Assembly: GCA_002687175.1 (NCBI GenBank)
Contig: NYZP01000001.1
Location: 78,236 to 142,235, forward strand
Length of the DNA stretch: 64,000 bases
Origin: Parcubacteria group bacterium
GTDB taxonomy: Bacteria > Patescibacteriota > Patescibacteriia > Buchananbacterales > UBA6539
Direction: 5' to 3'
Shown: in pieces, positions 8,869-21,070 of the stretch
Layout: every line of letters begins with the position of its first letter
Numbering within the stretch: position 1 is the stretch's first letter
Translations under genes and position numbers: made by a program
Notes under the pieces: model-generated
Seen by the model: the letters and a program-made list of their open reading frames with translations, nothing else
Database searches by the model: none
Told to the model about the DNA's origin: nothing

Positions 8869-9891
8869 TTATTTAGTCAACCGACCAACTTGCTCTGCCA
8901 TTTCGGTCAGTCTTAAACTATAAGCGTATTCATTGTCATACCAAGCCAAAATTTTAACTAAATTTCCGCCAACCACTCTGGTAAACTCTAAATCAACAGT
9001 AGCCGAATATGGATTACCAATATAATCTGAGGATACTAAAGGTTTAGACGAGACCGCTAAAATATTTTTGTAAAGTGGATGTTTAGTAGCTGTTTTAAAT
9101 TCATCATTAATTTGTTTAACCGTCACTTTTTTGCGCTTTAGAACTGCCGTAATGTCGGACAATGACCCGGTAATGGTTGGGACCCGAATGGCAATACCGT
9201 CAAACATGTTTTTTACTCCGGGCACCACTTTAGTGGTGGCTTCGGCTGCACCAGTGGTAGTAGGAATCATGTTAAGTGCCGCTGCTCTGGTTCTTCTCAA
9301 ATCCTTATTTGGACCATCAACTAAATTTTGGGTTGAGGTATAGGAGTGAATAGTGGTCATCAAAGCTTTTTCGACTCCAAATTTAGATTCTAAAACTTGA
9401 ATCACTGGTGAAATACAATTAGTGGTACAAGAAGCCATAGAAACAATATCGTCACAACTATCTTTCTTAACACAGTCACCAGTATGCTTAGTGCCATAAA
9501 CTAAAGTCTGAGTATTGTCTTTAGCCGGGGCGGAAATGATAATTCGTTTAGCTCCAGCTTTTAGGTGTCCGCTGGCATCTTTCTTGGTTTTAAATCTCCC
9601 GGTACATTCCAGCAACACCTCAACGGCAAATTTCTTCCAAGGTAATTTAGCTGGTTCAGCTTCATGAAATACTAAATATTCTTTGCCATCAATTTTAATA
9701 CCATTTTTAGTGGGCAGAACTTTTCGATGATACAAGCCATAGGCGGTGTCATACTGTAATAAATGGGCCAATAACTTATTATCCATTAAATCGTTAAGCG
9801 CCACCACCTCTAAATTTTTATTTTCTAAAGCTGCTTTAAAAGTCGCCCGGCCAATCCGACCAAAACCATTAATTGCAATTTTTGTTACCAT
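8869..9891 (-). CDS. gap: glyceraldehyde-3-phosphate dehydrogenase
   Basis: INGFGRIGR Rossmann motif and the active site ASCTTNC. 340 aa. Confidence 0.95.
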   Translation of the reverse strand: MVTKIAINGFGRIGRATFKAALENKNLEVVALNDLMDNKLLAHLLQYDTAYGLYHRKVLPTKNGIKIDGKEYLVFHEAEPAKLPWKKFAVEVLLECTGRFKTKKDASGHLKAGAKRIIISAPAKDNTQTLVYGTKHTGDCVKKDSCDDIVSMASCTTNCISPVIQVLESKFGVEKALMTTIHSYTSTQNLVDGPNKDLRRTRAAALNMIPTTTGAAEATTKVVPGVKNMFDGIAIRVPTITGSLSDITAVLKRKKVTVKQINDEFKTATKHPLYKNILAVSSKPLVSSDYIGNPYSATVDLEFTRVVGGNLVKILAWYDNEYAYSLRLTEMAEQVGRLTK

Positions 9892-10000
9892 AAAATATAT
9901 TTTGATTTATAAACTAATCTAATTATAACCTAAATTATTAAAAAATAAAATGCTAAAGAACCGAAAACTCCTATATTCATAGATTAAATGATACTGCGAT

Positions 10001-10123
10001 GTTCTTATGGGTGGGGTCTGGGGCCGTCCTGAGCCCAAGGCGAGGGCTCTGCGAGTAAATCAACGAGCTTGGCGAATAAAGGCTCCAGGATTTTTTGGGT
10101 ACTTTTTTCTAAAAAAAGTACCT
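10001..10123 (+). repeat. ~122-bp GC-rich repeat element, copy A. Contains the GGGGCCGTCCTGAGCCC core and a terminal palindrome GGGTACTTTTTTCTAAAAAAAGTACCC.
   Basis: ~92% identical to the reverse complement of 18416-18536 in a direct base-by-base comparison. Confidence 0.75.
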
Positions 10124-10188
10124 CACCTGAGGTATCCTGAGTATACTAAAACATAAAAAAATAATTCTACATAAGCACAAATAAAAAA

Positions 10189-10647
10189 TTAAAGACTGAC
10201 TATCTCTAGCTCAAATGACTCAATCACTTCCGAACCAAAAGTACCATAATCAAACTGTAAGTCAAACGTTCCAACTTTCTCAATTTTTAACCACCATTCA
10301 TCAGTAAATTGACCATCTAGAATTGTAGGGTCAGCGATACCAATTAATTGATGATCGGTAAGCATAATGTACCCACCAGTAGTTGGGCTTATCACTGACC
10401 ATTGATTACCACTATCAGCTTCACCACTTAGCTTAAGATAGATAACATCACCTGGCGTGGTCGTGGCAGTTTGGCCATTCAACTCGGTAACGTCGATCAC
10501 CAGTCCAGTTTCTGGAACACCAGCCGTATTAAATTCATCAACATCAACTGGTTGTTCCTTCTTACCACAAGCCGATAAAAAAATTGCCAGCCCAAAAACA
10601 ACAAGTAAAAGTAAAATTTTTCTGTTCATATTATTTAAAAAATTCAT
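10189..10647 (-). CDS. hypothetical lipoprotein
   Basis: Signal peptide with lipobox LSACGKK. 152 aa. Confidence 0.5.
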   Translation of the reverse strand: MNFLNNMNRKILLLLVVFGLAIFLSACGKKEQPVDVDEFNTAGVPETGLVIDVTELNGQTATTTPGDVIYLKLSGEADSGNQWSVISPTTGGYIMLTDHQLIGIADPTILDGQFTDEWWLKIEKVGTFDLQFDYGTFGSEVIESFELEIVSL

Positions 10648-10648
10648 A

Positions 10649-11455
10649 TTAACTAATTTCCTTGACGCTTACTTCAAGCCGATTGCGACCTTGCCCCTCC
10701 AGTTCAATATCAACCGTTTGTTTTAAAGTGTGCCAGCCTATTACTTTTCCAGAGCCTTTTTGAGTTTTAACCGCCGAGCCGATAGCTGGAAAAATCTTAG
10801 ACAATTCTTCATAGTTCTCATCCTCATACCTCATGCAGCATTTAAGCCGGCCACACTGGCCGGACAGACGATCAGAACCACGGTGAGATACTTGTTGTCG
10901 ATCAGTCATGTCAGAAGTCACCCCACCTAATTTTTTAAGACTAGTTTGGCAACATAAAGTTTTACCACATGAGCCAAGGTCACCAGAAATTTTTGCCTCA
11001 TCACGTACACCAATTTGCTGTAACCGAACAGACTGTTTATAATGATTGGTTAAATCCTTAACCAAAATTCGAAAGTCAACTCGACCATCAGTGACAAAAG
11101 GAAAGATTAACCGACTTTTATCTAAAGAAAAATGGGCATCAATAACTTTCATCGGTAAATCATGACGGACAACTATTTTTTTACAATATGCTAAAACTGA
11201 GTCTTTATCCTTATTCAGCCCTAAAAAAATTTCCAGATCATTGGTGTTGGCTTTACGGACTGATGACGAGGATTCAATTTCGCCTTTATTTGATAATTCT
11301 TCGGTAGTGACTTTTTGCAAACCAACAACCGTAGCCATATCAGAACCGAATTCATTCTTCACCACTACTTTCTCGCCCAACTGTAATTCAAAATCTTCAA
11401 CCTGATGGTCTATAACTTTATCCCATTCGGCGATTTTAGTTTGAACAATTAGCAT
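10649..11455 (-). CDS. PSP1 C-terminal domain protein (RicT/YaaT-like)
   Basis: LRQIGVRDEAKISGDLGSCGKTLCC ... SGQCGRLKCCMRYE matches the PSP1 domain double-Cys signature of YaaT/RicT. Confidence 0.7.
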   Translation of the reverse strand: MLIVQTKIAEWDKVIDHQVEDFELQLGEKVVVKNEFGSDMATVVGLQKVTTEELSNKGEIESSSSVRKANTNDLEIFLGLNKDKDSVLAYCKKIVVRHDLPMKVIDAHFSLDKSRLIFPFVTDGRVDFRILVKDLTNHYKQSVRLQQIGVRDEAKISGDLGSCGKTLCCQTSLKKLGGVTSDMTDRQQVSHRGSDRLSGQCGRLKCCMRYEDENYEELSKIFPAIGSAVKTQKGSGKVIGWHTLKQTVDIELEGQGRNRLEVSVKEIS

Positions 11456-11490
11456 ACATTTAATTGCCTGGCTAGAACTATTTTTTAACC

Positions 11491-12273
11491 TTAAATCTGG
11501 TATCGAGAAAATTTGACCACTTCAATATTATCCCCACTCTCATTGATAATATCTTGTACCTTTTTTTTATCATCTTTGATAAAAGTTTGATTAAGCAAAC
11601 AAACTTCTTGATAGAATTTTGACAGTTTACCCGGGATAATTTTCTCCCACATTTCTGCGGGCTTACCTTCACTCTTTAATTGCTCCCGGTAAATATCTTT
11701 TTCTTTATCAATTTCATCCGCTGGAATGTCCTCGGGTTTAATGTATCTAGGCGACATGGCGGTAATTTGCATTGCCAAATCATTAGCTAGTTCTTGGCTA
11801 CCACTGGATAAAGCAATCACCGCGGCAACTTTTTTATTAGAGTGAATATATGTTCCAATCACTTCACCCTCAACAATTTCCGCCACTCTTAAAACAAGAT
11901 TCTCACCAATTTTTACGGTTAGCTCATCTTTGATTTTAGCTTCGGCTGATTTTTTAAAATCATCAACTGTTGATTCTAATAACTCTTTAGAAAATTCATT
12001 AACTGTCTTAATAAACTCCTCGTCCCTGGCGGCGAAATCGGTTTCACTGGCCAAAGCAACAGTAGCCACTTTATGATCAGCTAATGATTGAGCAATCACG
12101 CCTTCATTAGTGTCTCGGTCAGATTTTTTATTTGCTTTAATCGCTCCTCGTTTTCGTAAAATAGCAACGGCCTGATCAATATCATTATCGGCTTCTTCAA
12201 GCGCTTCCTTGCAATCGGCAATACCAGCACCAGTGACGTTTCTAAGTTGTGTAAGTAATTTTGTATCAATCAT
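11491..12273 (-). CDS. tsf: elongation factor Ts
   Basis: LRNVTGAGIADCKEALEEADNDIDQAVAILRKRG UBA-like N-terminus. 260 aa. Confidence 0.9.
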   Translation of the reverse strand: MIDTKLLTQLRNVTGAGIADCKEALEEADNDIDQAVAILRKRGAIKANKKSDRDTNEGVIAQSLADHKVATVALASETDFAARDEEFIKTVNEFSKELLESTVDDFKKSAEAKIKDELTVKIGENLVLRVAEIVEGEVIGTYIHSNKKVAAVIALSSGSQELANDLAMQITAMSPRYIKPEDIPADEIDKEKDIYREQLKSEGKPAEMWEKIIPGKLSKFYQEVCLLNQTFIKDDKKKVQDIINESGDNIEVVKFSRYQI

Positions 12274-12275
12274 AT

Positions 12276-13169
12276 TTATTTTTTTTCTTCCTTTTTAGCT
12301 GTTGTTTCTTTTTCTGCTTTCTCTGTCTGTTTATTCTTTTCAGCCTGCTCGGCCTTGGCTTCTTTCTCTGCTTTTGCATCTTTCTCTGCCTTTGCATCTT
12401 TCTCTGCCTTTTCAGCCTGCTCGGCCTTGGCTTTCTTTTCCTCTTTTTCTGCGGCAATAGCTTCAATCTCTTGAATTTTTCCCTTTTCACTTAAGCCTTC
12501 ACTAACCGCTTCGGCAATTAAGCTGGTGATTAAGTCAATTGATTTAACTGCATCATCGTTTGCCGGAATAACGTAATTAACTTTTTCCGGATTAACATTA
12601 GTGTCACACATCGCAATCACTGGAATATTTTTCTTAACCGCTTCAGCTACTGCTGTTTTTTCTTTTTTAATATCACAAACAAAAACGGCATCAGGTACCT
12701 TACTCATTTCCTCAATACCACCAACCATCTTATTTAATTTATCAATTTCGCGATCAAATTCTAATTTTTCCTTTTTAGTATATTTATCCAGTTCACCGGA
12801 AGCTCTTTTCTTTTTCAAATCGGTAAATCTTTTAATCACTCGTGAAATCTCCAAGTAATTAGTAAAGGTGCCACCTAACCAACGTTCAATAATATACGGC
12901 ATCTCTACTTCTTGGGCGTACTTTGTAATAATTGGTTGAGCTTGTTTTTTTGTGCCCAAAAATAAAATAGTGCCACCATTGGCAACTATTTTTTTTACAA
13001 AATCCAAAGCTTCTTTAAGCTTTTCTTGAGTAACTTCTAGATTAATGATATGAAACCCACTTTTAGAGGTAAAAATATAGGGTATCATTCTAGGGTGACG
13101 CTTAGCATGTTGATGGCCAAAATGGACACCAGATTTAAGCATCGTTAAAAGTTCTGGAATTTTTGTCAT
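12276..13169 (-). CDS. rpsB: 30S ribosomal protein S2 with a ~70-aa K/E/A-rich repetitive C-terminal extension
   Basis: HFGHQHAKRHPRM and LEISRVIKRF ... FVCDI are the S2 core. The tail is AEKDAKAEKDAKAEKEAKAEQAEK, encoded by DNA-level tandem repeats at 12300-12470. Confidence 0.9.
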   Translation of the reverse strand: MTKIPELLTMLKSGVHFGHQHAKRHPRMIPYIFTSKSGFHIINLEVTQEKLKEALDFVKKIVANGGTILFLGTKKQAQPIITKYAQEVEMPYIIERWLGGTFTNYLEISRVIKRFTDLKKKRASGELDKYTKKEKLEFDREIDKLNKMVGGIEEMSKVPDAVFVCDIKKEKTAVAEAVKKNIPVIAMCDTNVNPEKVNYVIPANDDAVKSIDLITSLIAEAVSEGLSEKGKIQEIEAIAAEKEEKKAKAEQAEKAEKDAKAEKDAKAEKEAKAEQAEKNKQTEKAEKETTAKKEEKK

Positions 13170-13380
13170 AAATTGTTTCCTTTTATATCACGTCCTGAAA
13201 AAATTAATTTTTAGGCCGGATCCTCTACTACTTTATAGTTATGACTCACTTTATTAAGCAAGCAGGATATAACTAAATGTGTGATTAAGTAGTATGTGTG
13301 ATTAATTAGTCCCTTTAATATAGACGATTAGCTATAAAATGTCAAGTATTTGATAAAATTAATTAAAGACAAAATTAAAG

Positions 13381-13405
13381 GGCGAGAACATTGTGTTCTC
13401 GCCCC
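13381..13405 (-). terminator. Rho-independent terminator downstream of the high-GC gene
   Basis: GGGCGAGAAC-ATTGT-GTTCTCGCCC, followed on the minus strand by TTTAATTTTGTCTTT. Confidence 0.5.
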
Positions 13406-13435
13406 TACTGCTTTCGAGCTTTCCCGAGATTGCTC

Positions 13436-14428
13436 TCAGGTCAAGCTACGCTTTTGGTGGTTAGTCTTTCGGTTTGTCGCGGCCGGCGGTGGCGCGACGG
13501 CCTGCTCGCTTGCCTCCATCTTCTGACCGAGGAATAACTTCCTCCTCGCAGGCGATGACCGGCGCGGATTCATCGCCTTCGGCCGGGGTTCTTCGTTGGC
13601 GGACTCGAGGCGGGCTTTGATCTCCCGCAACTGGTCAGTCATCTGTCCTTCAACCACCTCGGCTTCCGGTTGCAGACTTCCAACAATCGAACCGTCGGGC
13701 ATTGTCTTCCGAACATTGAAGCTACCATCGGCCAGAATATCGATCGTCGCCTGGAGGATCTTTTCCGTCGGCTCCCGAATGATCAGCGCCGTCGACAACT
13801 TGTGCTGCGGTCCGCTGATGACCACAAACGTGGTGACACCACGACGATAGTCATGCTCGAAACGAACGCGTCCGTCAGACTTGCTTCTCTTGGCCTGCGG
13901 AAAAAACTCGACGCTTCCCTTAGTGACAGTTGCTTCGGGCCAGGTCCAAGTGTACAAATTGAGCGAGATGTCCTTCTGCTCTTTGGACGGATTGCTCAAC
14001 ACCACCTCGGTATCGGTGCCAATCCCGACAATCTGCACTTTGGCCCTTCCGAGAAAAGCTGCAGCCATATATTTCTTACTAGCCGTAACTTTTTCCTCGC
14101 AGCCTTTAATGACATCGTCTAAGAGCTTTGGGTCACCGTTGTCGTCCTCATCCAACTGCTGGTACGCCTTACGGTAAGTTTCAAGGTTAGCCCGGGCGTC
14201 GTTCAGCGCGTTAAAGGCATCAATGACCGTCGTACGACAGTCTTTGACCGGCATTGCCCCCAGCGTATTAACGACCAGACATGCTTGTTCACTTTCCGTG
14301 CCGACCGACAGATCTTCTAGATCTGTTAGCGGCGTTGCCACCTTGACCGAATTCAAGGTTTCAAAAACCCTTTTTGGCGGACCTGATGGTTTCTGGCTGC
14401 GGTTTCTTTCGCCACGCTGTGAAGACAT
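13436..14428 (-). CDS. hypothetical protein, high-GC (~55%) foreign-looking gene
   Basis: Start reassigned to the ATG at 14428, which has a strong SD (AAGGAGGAGG, 5 nt spacer). 330 aa with no recognisable domain. GC is clearly above the flanks. Confidence 0.6.
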   Translation of the reverse strand: MSSQRGERNRSQKPSGPPKRVFETLNSVKVATPLTDLEDLSVGTESEQACLVVNTLGAMPVKDCRTTVIDAFNALNDARANLETYRKAYQQLDEDDNGDPKLLDDVIKGCEEKVTASKKYMAAAFLGRAKVQIVGIGTDTEVVLSNPSKEQKDISLNLYTWTWPEATVTKGSVEFFPQAKRSKSDGRVRFEHDYRRGVTTFVVISGPQHKLSTALIIREPTEKILQATIDILADGSFNVRKTMPDGSIVGSLQPEAEVVEGQMTDQLREIKARLESANEEPRPKAMNPRRSSPARRKLFLGQKMEASEQAVAPPPAATNRKTNHQKRSLT

Positions 14429-14695
14429 AATGCCTCCTCCTTTTTTGACCCACATTAGGGTCTGTCTAAGAACATTCTATCCCGGCACACAAGCGGCCAA
14501 AATAGGTTAACAAAGTAACAATATATCATAGCATATCTTTACAAATATGTCAATAGCAAACAAAATTAAACCTTTAGACTAATACTTAATTGACATTATC
14601 TAATTAAAGCTATAAAATACTCTTAGTTTTTAACAAAAAACAACTTGTCGCCCTTTTGATTAATAGGATCATTTGATCTTTGGAGGATAGAACCA

Positions 14696-15007
14696 ATGTG
14701 TCAGAATCATACAGATTCCGCCGGCCAATCAGTCATCATTGATCTGCCTGGCCGAATTACCAAAAATAGATGTACTAAATGTGAAAAGGATTTAAGCTAT
14801 CTCTTTGCTGACATCAGAAATCGTTCAATTGACCCACCAGAACATTGCCCAGCATGCGGATCTCCTTTAGCGGGAAGGATTACCGAAATTGTCTGGCGTT
14901 GTGGTCATTGTGATGAAAGAATTGTTGACCCCGTCAAACAAAAATCCTGCACCAAGTGTGGCAAAAATCTTAATTTTTCTCCCCCGGAAAACACCCCAGA
15001 GGAGTGA
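14696..15007 (+). CDS. small multi-zinc-ribbon protein (3 CxxC pairs)
   Basis: CTKCEK, CPACG, CGHCDE and CTKCGK. The SD GGAGGA sits 8 nt upstream. Confidence 0.5.
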   Translation: MCQNHTDSAGQSVIIDLPGRITKNRCTKCEKDLSYLFADIRNRSIDPPEHCPACGSPLAGRITEIVWRCGHCDERIVDPVKQKSCTKCGKNLNFSPPENTPEE

Positions 15008-15073
15008 TCCTATAAATTCGAAAAAAGCAAAGAGGCTTATTACTCGGTACAAGCCTCTTTTTCTTTTAAAAAA

Positions 15074-15940
15074 TTATTCAACGCGCATATAAGAAGTAAT
15101 ATCTAAGATATCAACTTCCGGCAATACCTGTATTTCATTAATTGTCGGCAATGATTCATACCAACGCATTTCAACTGTTCTGGTCTCGCCCGATAAAAAT
15201 TGATCCAAGGTGGTATAATTAGCAGCCACTATTTTTTGACCGCTTAGCAAAACAATATAAATTCCGGTTTGCCAATAACTAAAGCCGCTCTTGTTTGACA
15301 CCTCAAAATTTAAAGTGCTAATTGGTAATTCACCTTTAATACCGGATTCACGAGCTGCTTTGAAATCAGTTTCACCAACCACAAATCTTAATCTTGGTTC
15401 AGCAAATTCGTTAAAACCAAGATAGCGCCGCCATTTAACATCAGCTATCCTTAAAACCGGATTTCCTGACAACACTTCTTGACCAAAGATGGCCACAAAT
15501 TTTGTTTCGTTTGGATAAACGAAACTTCTTTTTTCCGCGATAACCTTACCGCCGGATATTAATTGAAACAATACGTCAGTCGCCACCCATTTTTCATTAC
15601 TATTTTGCACTTGAGCTATAAAATCAAAACGCTTTTCACGACCATCAACCGCATCAAAACTGACAATCTTTAACTCTCTTGGTTTATTGACCTCATGAAA
15701 ATACTCATAATTAATAGCGTCCGTAGTTAAAAGTGATAATGTTTGTTCTAACTCTTTATCTTCCACAAATAAAATAATTGAAGCCCGAAATATACTAAAA
15801 CCAAACAAAGCCACAATTAAAGCAACCAGCAGAGCTACTAATAGCCTTCGTAATTGTAATTTATGAGTTACGTACCAATAGCTAATTTTAAGCTGAAAGT
15901 TACTAACTTTATTTGGTTGATTAAGATTTTCCGTTGTCAT
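15074..15940 (-). CDS. membrane-anchored hypothetical protein (single N-terminal TM)
   Basis: 288 aa with the hydrophobic segment LLVALLVALIVALFGFSIF. No recognisable domain. Confidence 0.5.
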   Translation of the reverse strand: MTTENLNQPNKVSNFQLKISYWYVTHKLQLRRLLVALLVALIVALFGFSIFRASIILFVEDKELEQTLSLLTTDAINYEYFHEVNKPRELKIVSFDAVDGREKRFDFIAQVQNSNEKWVATDVLFQLISGGKVIAEKRSFVYPNETKFVAIFGQEVLSGNPVLRIADVKWRRYLGFNEFAEPRLRFVVGETDFKAARESGIKGELPISTLNFEVSNKSGFSYWQTGIYIVLLSGQKIVAANYTTLDQFLSGETRTVEMRWYESLPTINEIQVLPEVDILDITSYMRVE

Positions 15941-16192
15941 AGTAAAATAGAAAAAAATAACAAATATATTATACCATAATTAGGCAAAATTATGAACACA
16001 ATACTATCTTATTTAGCCATAAAGAAATACTGAATCAGACTTGAAAAAATGCACAGATTTGCTATAATATACATATAGAATAATGGCTAAATATACGATC
16101 AATATTTTAGACTAATTATAGGCTAAGCTCGCCTTTGGCAAGAAATACCTATAATTTTATTGGTTCCAAATTAGCTTTATTACTTACATTAA

Positions 16193-18292
<2,100 letters not shown>

Positions 18293-18415
18293 ATTAAAGA
18301 GTTTATTTTTGCCTCTAAAAATTCGACATAGAATGTTTTGATGCACTCAGAGTACCTTAGGCCTCTCAGCTCTAAAAATGACTTTAGGTCATCCCGAGCA
18401 CAGCGAAGGGCGGGT

Positions 18416-18536
18416 AAGGTACTTTTTTAGAAAAAGTACCCAAAAAGCCTGGGGCCTTTATTCGCTAAACTCGTTGATTTAGTCGCAGAGTCCTCGCCTC
18501 GGGCTCAGGACGGCCCCAGACCCCACCCACAAGAAC
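18416..18536 (-). repeat. ~122-bp GC-rich repeat element, copy B (inverted relative to copy A)
   Basis: The reverse complement aligns to 10001-10123 with ~9 mismatches and 2 one-base indels. Confidence 0.75.
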
Positions 18537-18596
18537 AACTCAGTGGCATTAATTCTATAGAAATAAAATCATTAAAGTAAATATAACAAAGGAATA

Positions 18597-18722
18597 GGGG
18601 GTTTGGGGACGGCGCCTTAGCGCCATTTTAGATACGGCAGAGAGTTAATCAACGTGATAGCGATTCGCCGTCCCCAAAACTTTTGGATACTTTTGGTTAC
18701 AAAAGTATCCCGCCTCTGGCGG
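18597..18722. repeat. cluster of GC-rich palindromic units (BIME/REP-like)
   Basis: Three units: TTTGGGGACGGCG ... CGCCGTCCCCAAA (13-bp arms, ~51-nt loop); GGATACTTTTG-GTTA-CAAAAGTATCC; and CCCGCCTCTGGCGG. Confidence 0.55.
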
Positions 18723-18881
18723 AACAACAGCACAGAGGCAGAAGATAGACAATAAAAATTCCTTTGGCGAATACGGTTTTTATTTAGTAAGAAAACGTTA
18801 CTGTTACCGTCGTATATTTAAAATAAACTAATTTTGTGATAGAATTAAATACGTTATTTAACTTAAAAAATAATTAAAAAT

Positions 18882-20723
18882 ATGAAAAAACCATTCACAA
18901 ATTTTATTAAATTAAATAGCAAGTTTGTTGTAGTTATAATGTTACTAACGGCTTTTAGTACATCATCGGTCGGTGCCGAAACTTTGGTTACTGATGAAGA
19001 ATTAGCCACCGATACCGTTGATCAAAGTGGTGACATTGGTTCAACTGATACTTTAGAATTTACCCTAGAAGCTCGTTGGGGTTTTGTTCAGGGCAATTCC
19101 GAAGATGATAAAACTGAAAAAGATTATAGTGGCTACATCAAAACTAATAATACCGCCGTGGCTAAAATTCGTTTAAATAACACTGCCTTATTTGAAAATA
19201 ATGATTCAATTCAATCAAAAGAAAATCCTGTTTCTTGGAGCTCCACAATTTTTGGTCACTGGGACGGAGTATCGGTAAATGTGAGAGCTAAGGCTGATGC
19301 CAATATAACGGTTAAAATTCCTCGAGGTGACATCACTAAAACTGCGCGGGAATGGTACCGCTTAACGGAAAAAGAAATTTTAAAAATTGGCGGAGACCAA
19401 ATGTTGGTTGTTAAGTCACATCCGAAAAAAAGGAGAAGACATGCTGTATTTATCTGGTGGGGTCGTACAAAAAATATAACTGGTGAAGATCTAAATAGTT
19501 GCGAGGATCATACTTACAGCAGTTGTCCCCTACAATGTGGCCGAATATGTTTACAAAGTTGTAACGAAGACAGCACAATCTGTACTGCTGACTGTGAAGG
19601 TGCCGGTAGTTGTTTCCGACCTAATACCGATGGCGTAAATTTTTCAGGAACTTTGAAGACTGATTCTGACATCAATATAAAATTGAAAAAGACCATGCGT
19701 TTCGAGGATAATGATGAGATTGTATCCCATGATCGTAACCAAATTAGCTGGACATCTCAGATCACTACTGGTCGTGATGGTCTCTATACCTTAATGCTGC
19801 CTCATTCAAATGTTGCCCTTAACTCCAATTTTTCAGTTAACTTTACCAACATTTTTGAAGATGATAACTGGTTCAAAAGATTTACCTTGGCCGATGTTAA
19901 GAATGGTGTCAGAGAAACAATTAAGGTTAATGACGTTGACTACGTCTTGGTGATTGGCTACAAAACAATTGCCAATAAATTAGTCCGCTCTAAAAGAAGC
20001 GGTGAACACTTTTTAATTAAAAATAATATTAGGCATTCTGCAGACGATACAGATATTTTAACTGCCAATGGCTACGCTGAAGAAGAAGCCGAAGTTATTG
20101 ATGATGATGAACTTGAAAGTTACGAACTGGGTGATGATCTAAGTTATCCTGATGGCACTGTTGTTGAAGCGGGAAATAAAACTTATGTCATCTCAAATGG
20201 CGTAAAACGGTTATTAGCTAATAACCGTGCCAAAGATGGTATTCCTTGGGCCAGACAAATTACTAAGCAACTAAAGCTCGGCAAGCTAGAAGCGATTACT
20301 TCCGGCCCAGCCGTTGAATCAGAAGATGAAATTACTGATAACACTTTAGTAAAAGTTGATGGTGACTCGGCTGTTTGGCGAATCCGTGGTGGCAAAAGAC
20401 AAGTTTTTAACCACGTCAGAATCTTTAATCTTCATCGATTAGATATCGCCAAAGTTAAAACAATCACTCCAGAGAAACTTCAAAAATTCACCTGGTCTCC
20501 ACCAGTGGAATTCCCTGATGGTTCGCTGGTTAAAATTCCCACTGATCCTAAAGTCTATTTATTAAAAAATGGTATTAGACACTGGATTGAAACCGAAGGT
20601 GATTTAAAAGGCTTGGGACACAAATTTTCTGATATCGTTGACATGTCGCCAACCGAAATAGTCAACTATCCAGCCGGTGATCCAGTGATATCCGATGAAG
20701 TTACCGTGGTAACAGAATTTTAA
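18882..20723 (+). CDS. secreted hypothetical protein with a cysteine-rich central module
   Basis: Signal peptide VVVIMLLTAFSTSSVGA. The Cys cluster CEDHTYSSCPLQCGRICLQSCNEDSTICTADCEGAGSC. 613 aa. Confidence 0.6.
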   Translation: MKKPFTNFIKLNSKFVVVIMLLTAFSTSSVGAETLVTDEELATDTVDQSGDIGSTDTLEFTLEARWGFVQGNSEDDKTEKDYSGYIKTNNTAVAKIRLNNTALFENNDSIQSKENPVSWSSTIFGHWDGVSVNVRAKADANITVKIPRGDITKTAREWYRLTEKEILKIGGDQMLVVKSHPKKRRRHAVFIWWGRTKNITGEDLNSCEDHTYSSCPLQCGRICLQSCNEDSTICTADCEGAGSCFRPNTDGVNFSGTLKTDSDINIKLKKTMRFEDNDEIVSHDRNQISWTSQITTGRDGLYTLMLPHSNVALNSNFSVNFTNIFEDDNWFKRFTLADVKNGVRETIKVNDVDYVLVIGYKTIANKLVRSKRSGEHFLIKNNIRHSADDTDILTANGYAEEEAEVIDDDELESYELGDDLSYPDGTVVEAGNKTYVISNGVKRLLANNRAKDGIPWARQITKQLKLGKLEAITSGPAVESEDEITDNTLVKVDGDSAVWRIRGGKRQVFNHVRIFNLHRLDIAKVKTITPEKLQKFTWSPPVEFPDGSLVKIPTDPKVYLLKNGIRHWIETEGDLKGLGHKFSDIVDMSPTEIVNYPAGDPVISDEVTVVTEF

Positions 20724-20736
20724 TTTAACAAAAGAA

Positions 20737-20762
20737 AAAAGGTCCGGACAAAACGGGCCTTT
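20737..20762. terminator. bidirectional terminator between convergent genes
   Basis: GGTCCG-GACAAAA-CGGGCC hairpin flanked by A-runs and T-runs. Confidence 0.4.
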
Positions 20763-20797
20763 TGGTTTGACTAAAGATCTGATAAAACCAAACTGAG

Positions 20798-21070
20798 TTA
20801 AGATGTATCGAGAGCTTCGACAAAAGCGTCGGCCTCAGTTCTGGTGATTGTTGGTACAGTAGGTATAGCTTCGATATCTACTGCATAATCTCCGACGCAT
20901 TCTTCGAAAGGACTGCGACCATTAATGATGGTTTGGTACCACTGATGGCCACGTGGTTCACAAGAGACTTTGACAACAATAAAGTTGGTATATATTGGCC
21001 ACTCAAGACGTGAATAGCCATGTCCTGAACATTCAGGACACTGAAACTTCAGACATAGCCTTTCCATCAT
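20798..21070 (-). CDS. small hypothetical protein (start reassigned to ATGATG at 21070)
   Basis: The ORF-track start is a TTG. An in-frame ATG pair follows with SD AAAGGGGA 5 nt upstream. 90 aa containing CPEC ... C. Confidence 0.45.
   Translation of the reverse strand: MMERLCLKFQCPECSGHGYSRLEWPIYTNFIVVKVSCEPRGHQWYQTIINGRSPFEECVGDYAVDIEAIPTVPTITRTEADAFVEALDTS

Noticed and set aside
12261-12494. 77-aa (+) and 74-aa (-) ORFs with extreme low complexity (FFFLF... / KRKRK...).
   Set aside because: They are alternative-frame readings of the tandem-repeat DNA that encodes the K/E/A-rich tail of rpsB, not genes.
13596-14510. Several plus-strand ORFs of 84-150 aa inside the high-GC block.
   Set aside because: They are antisense to the 330-aa minus-strand gene, which has a strong SD and terminator. 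High GC lowers stop-codon frequency and inflates spurious ORFs.
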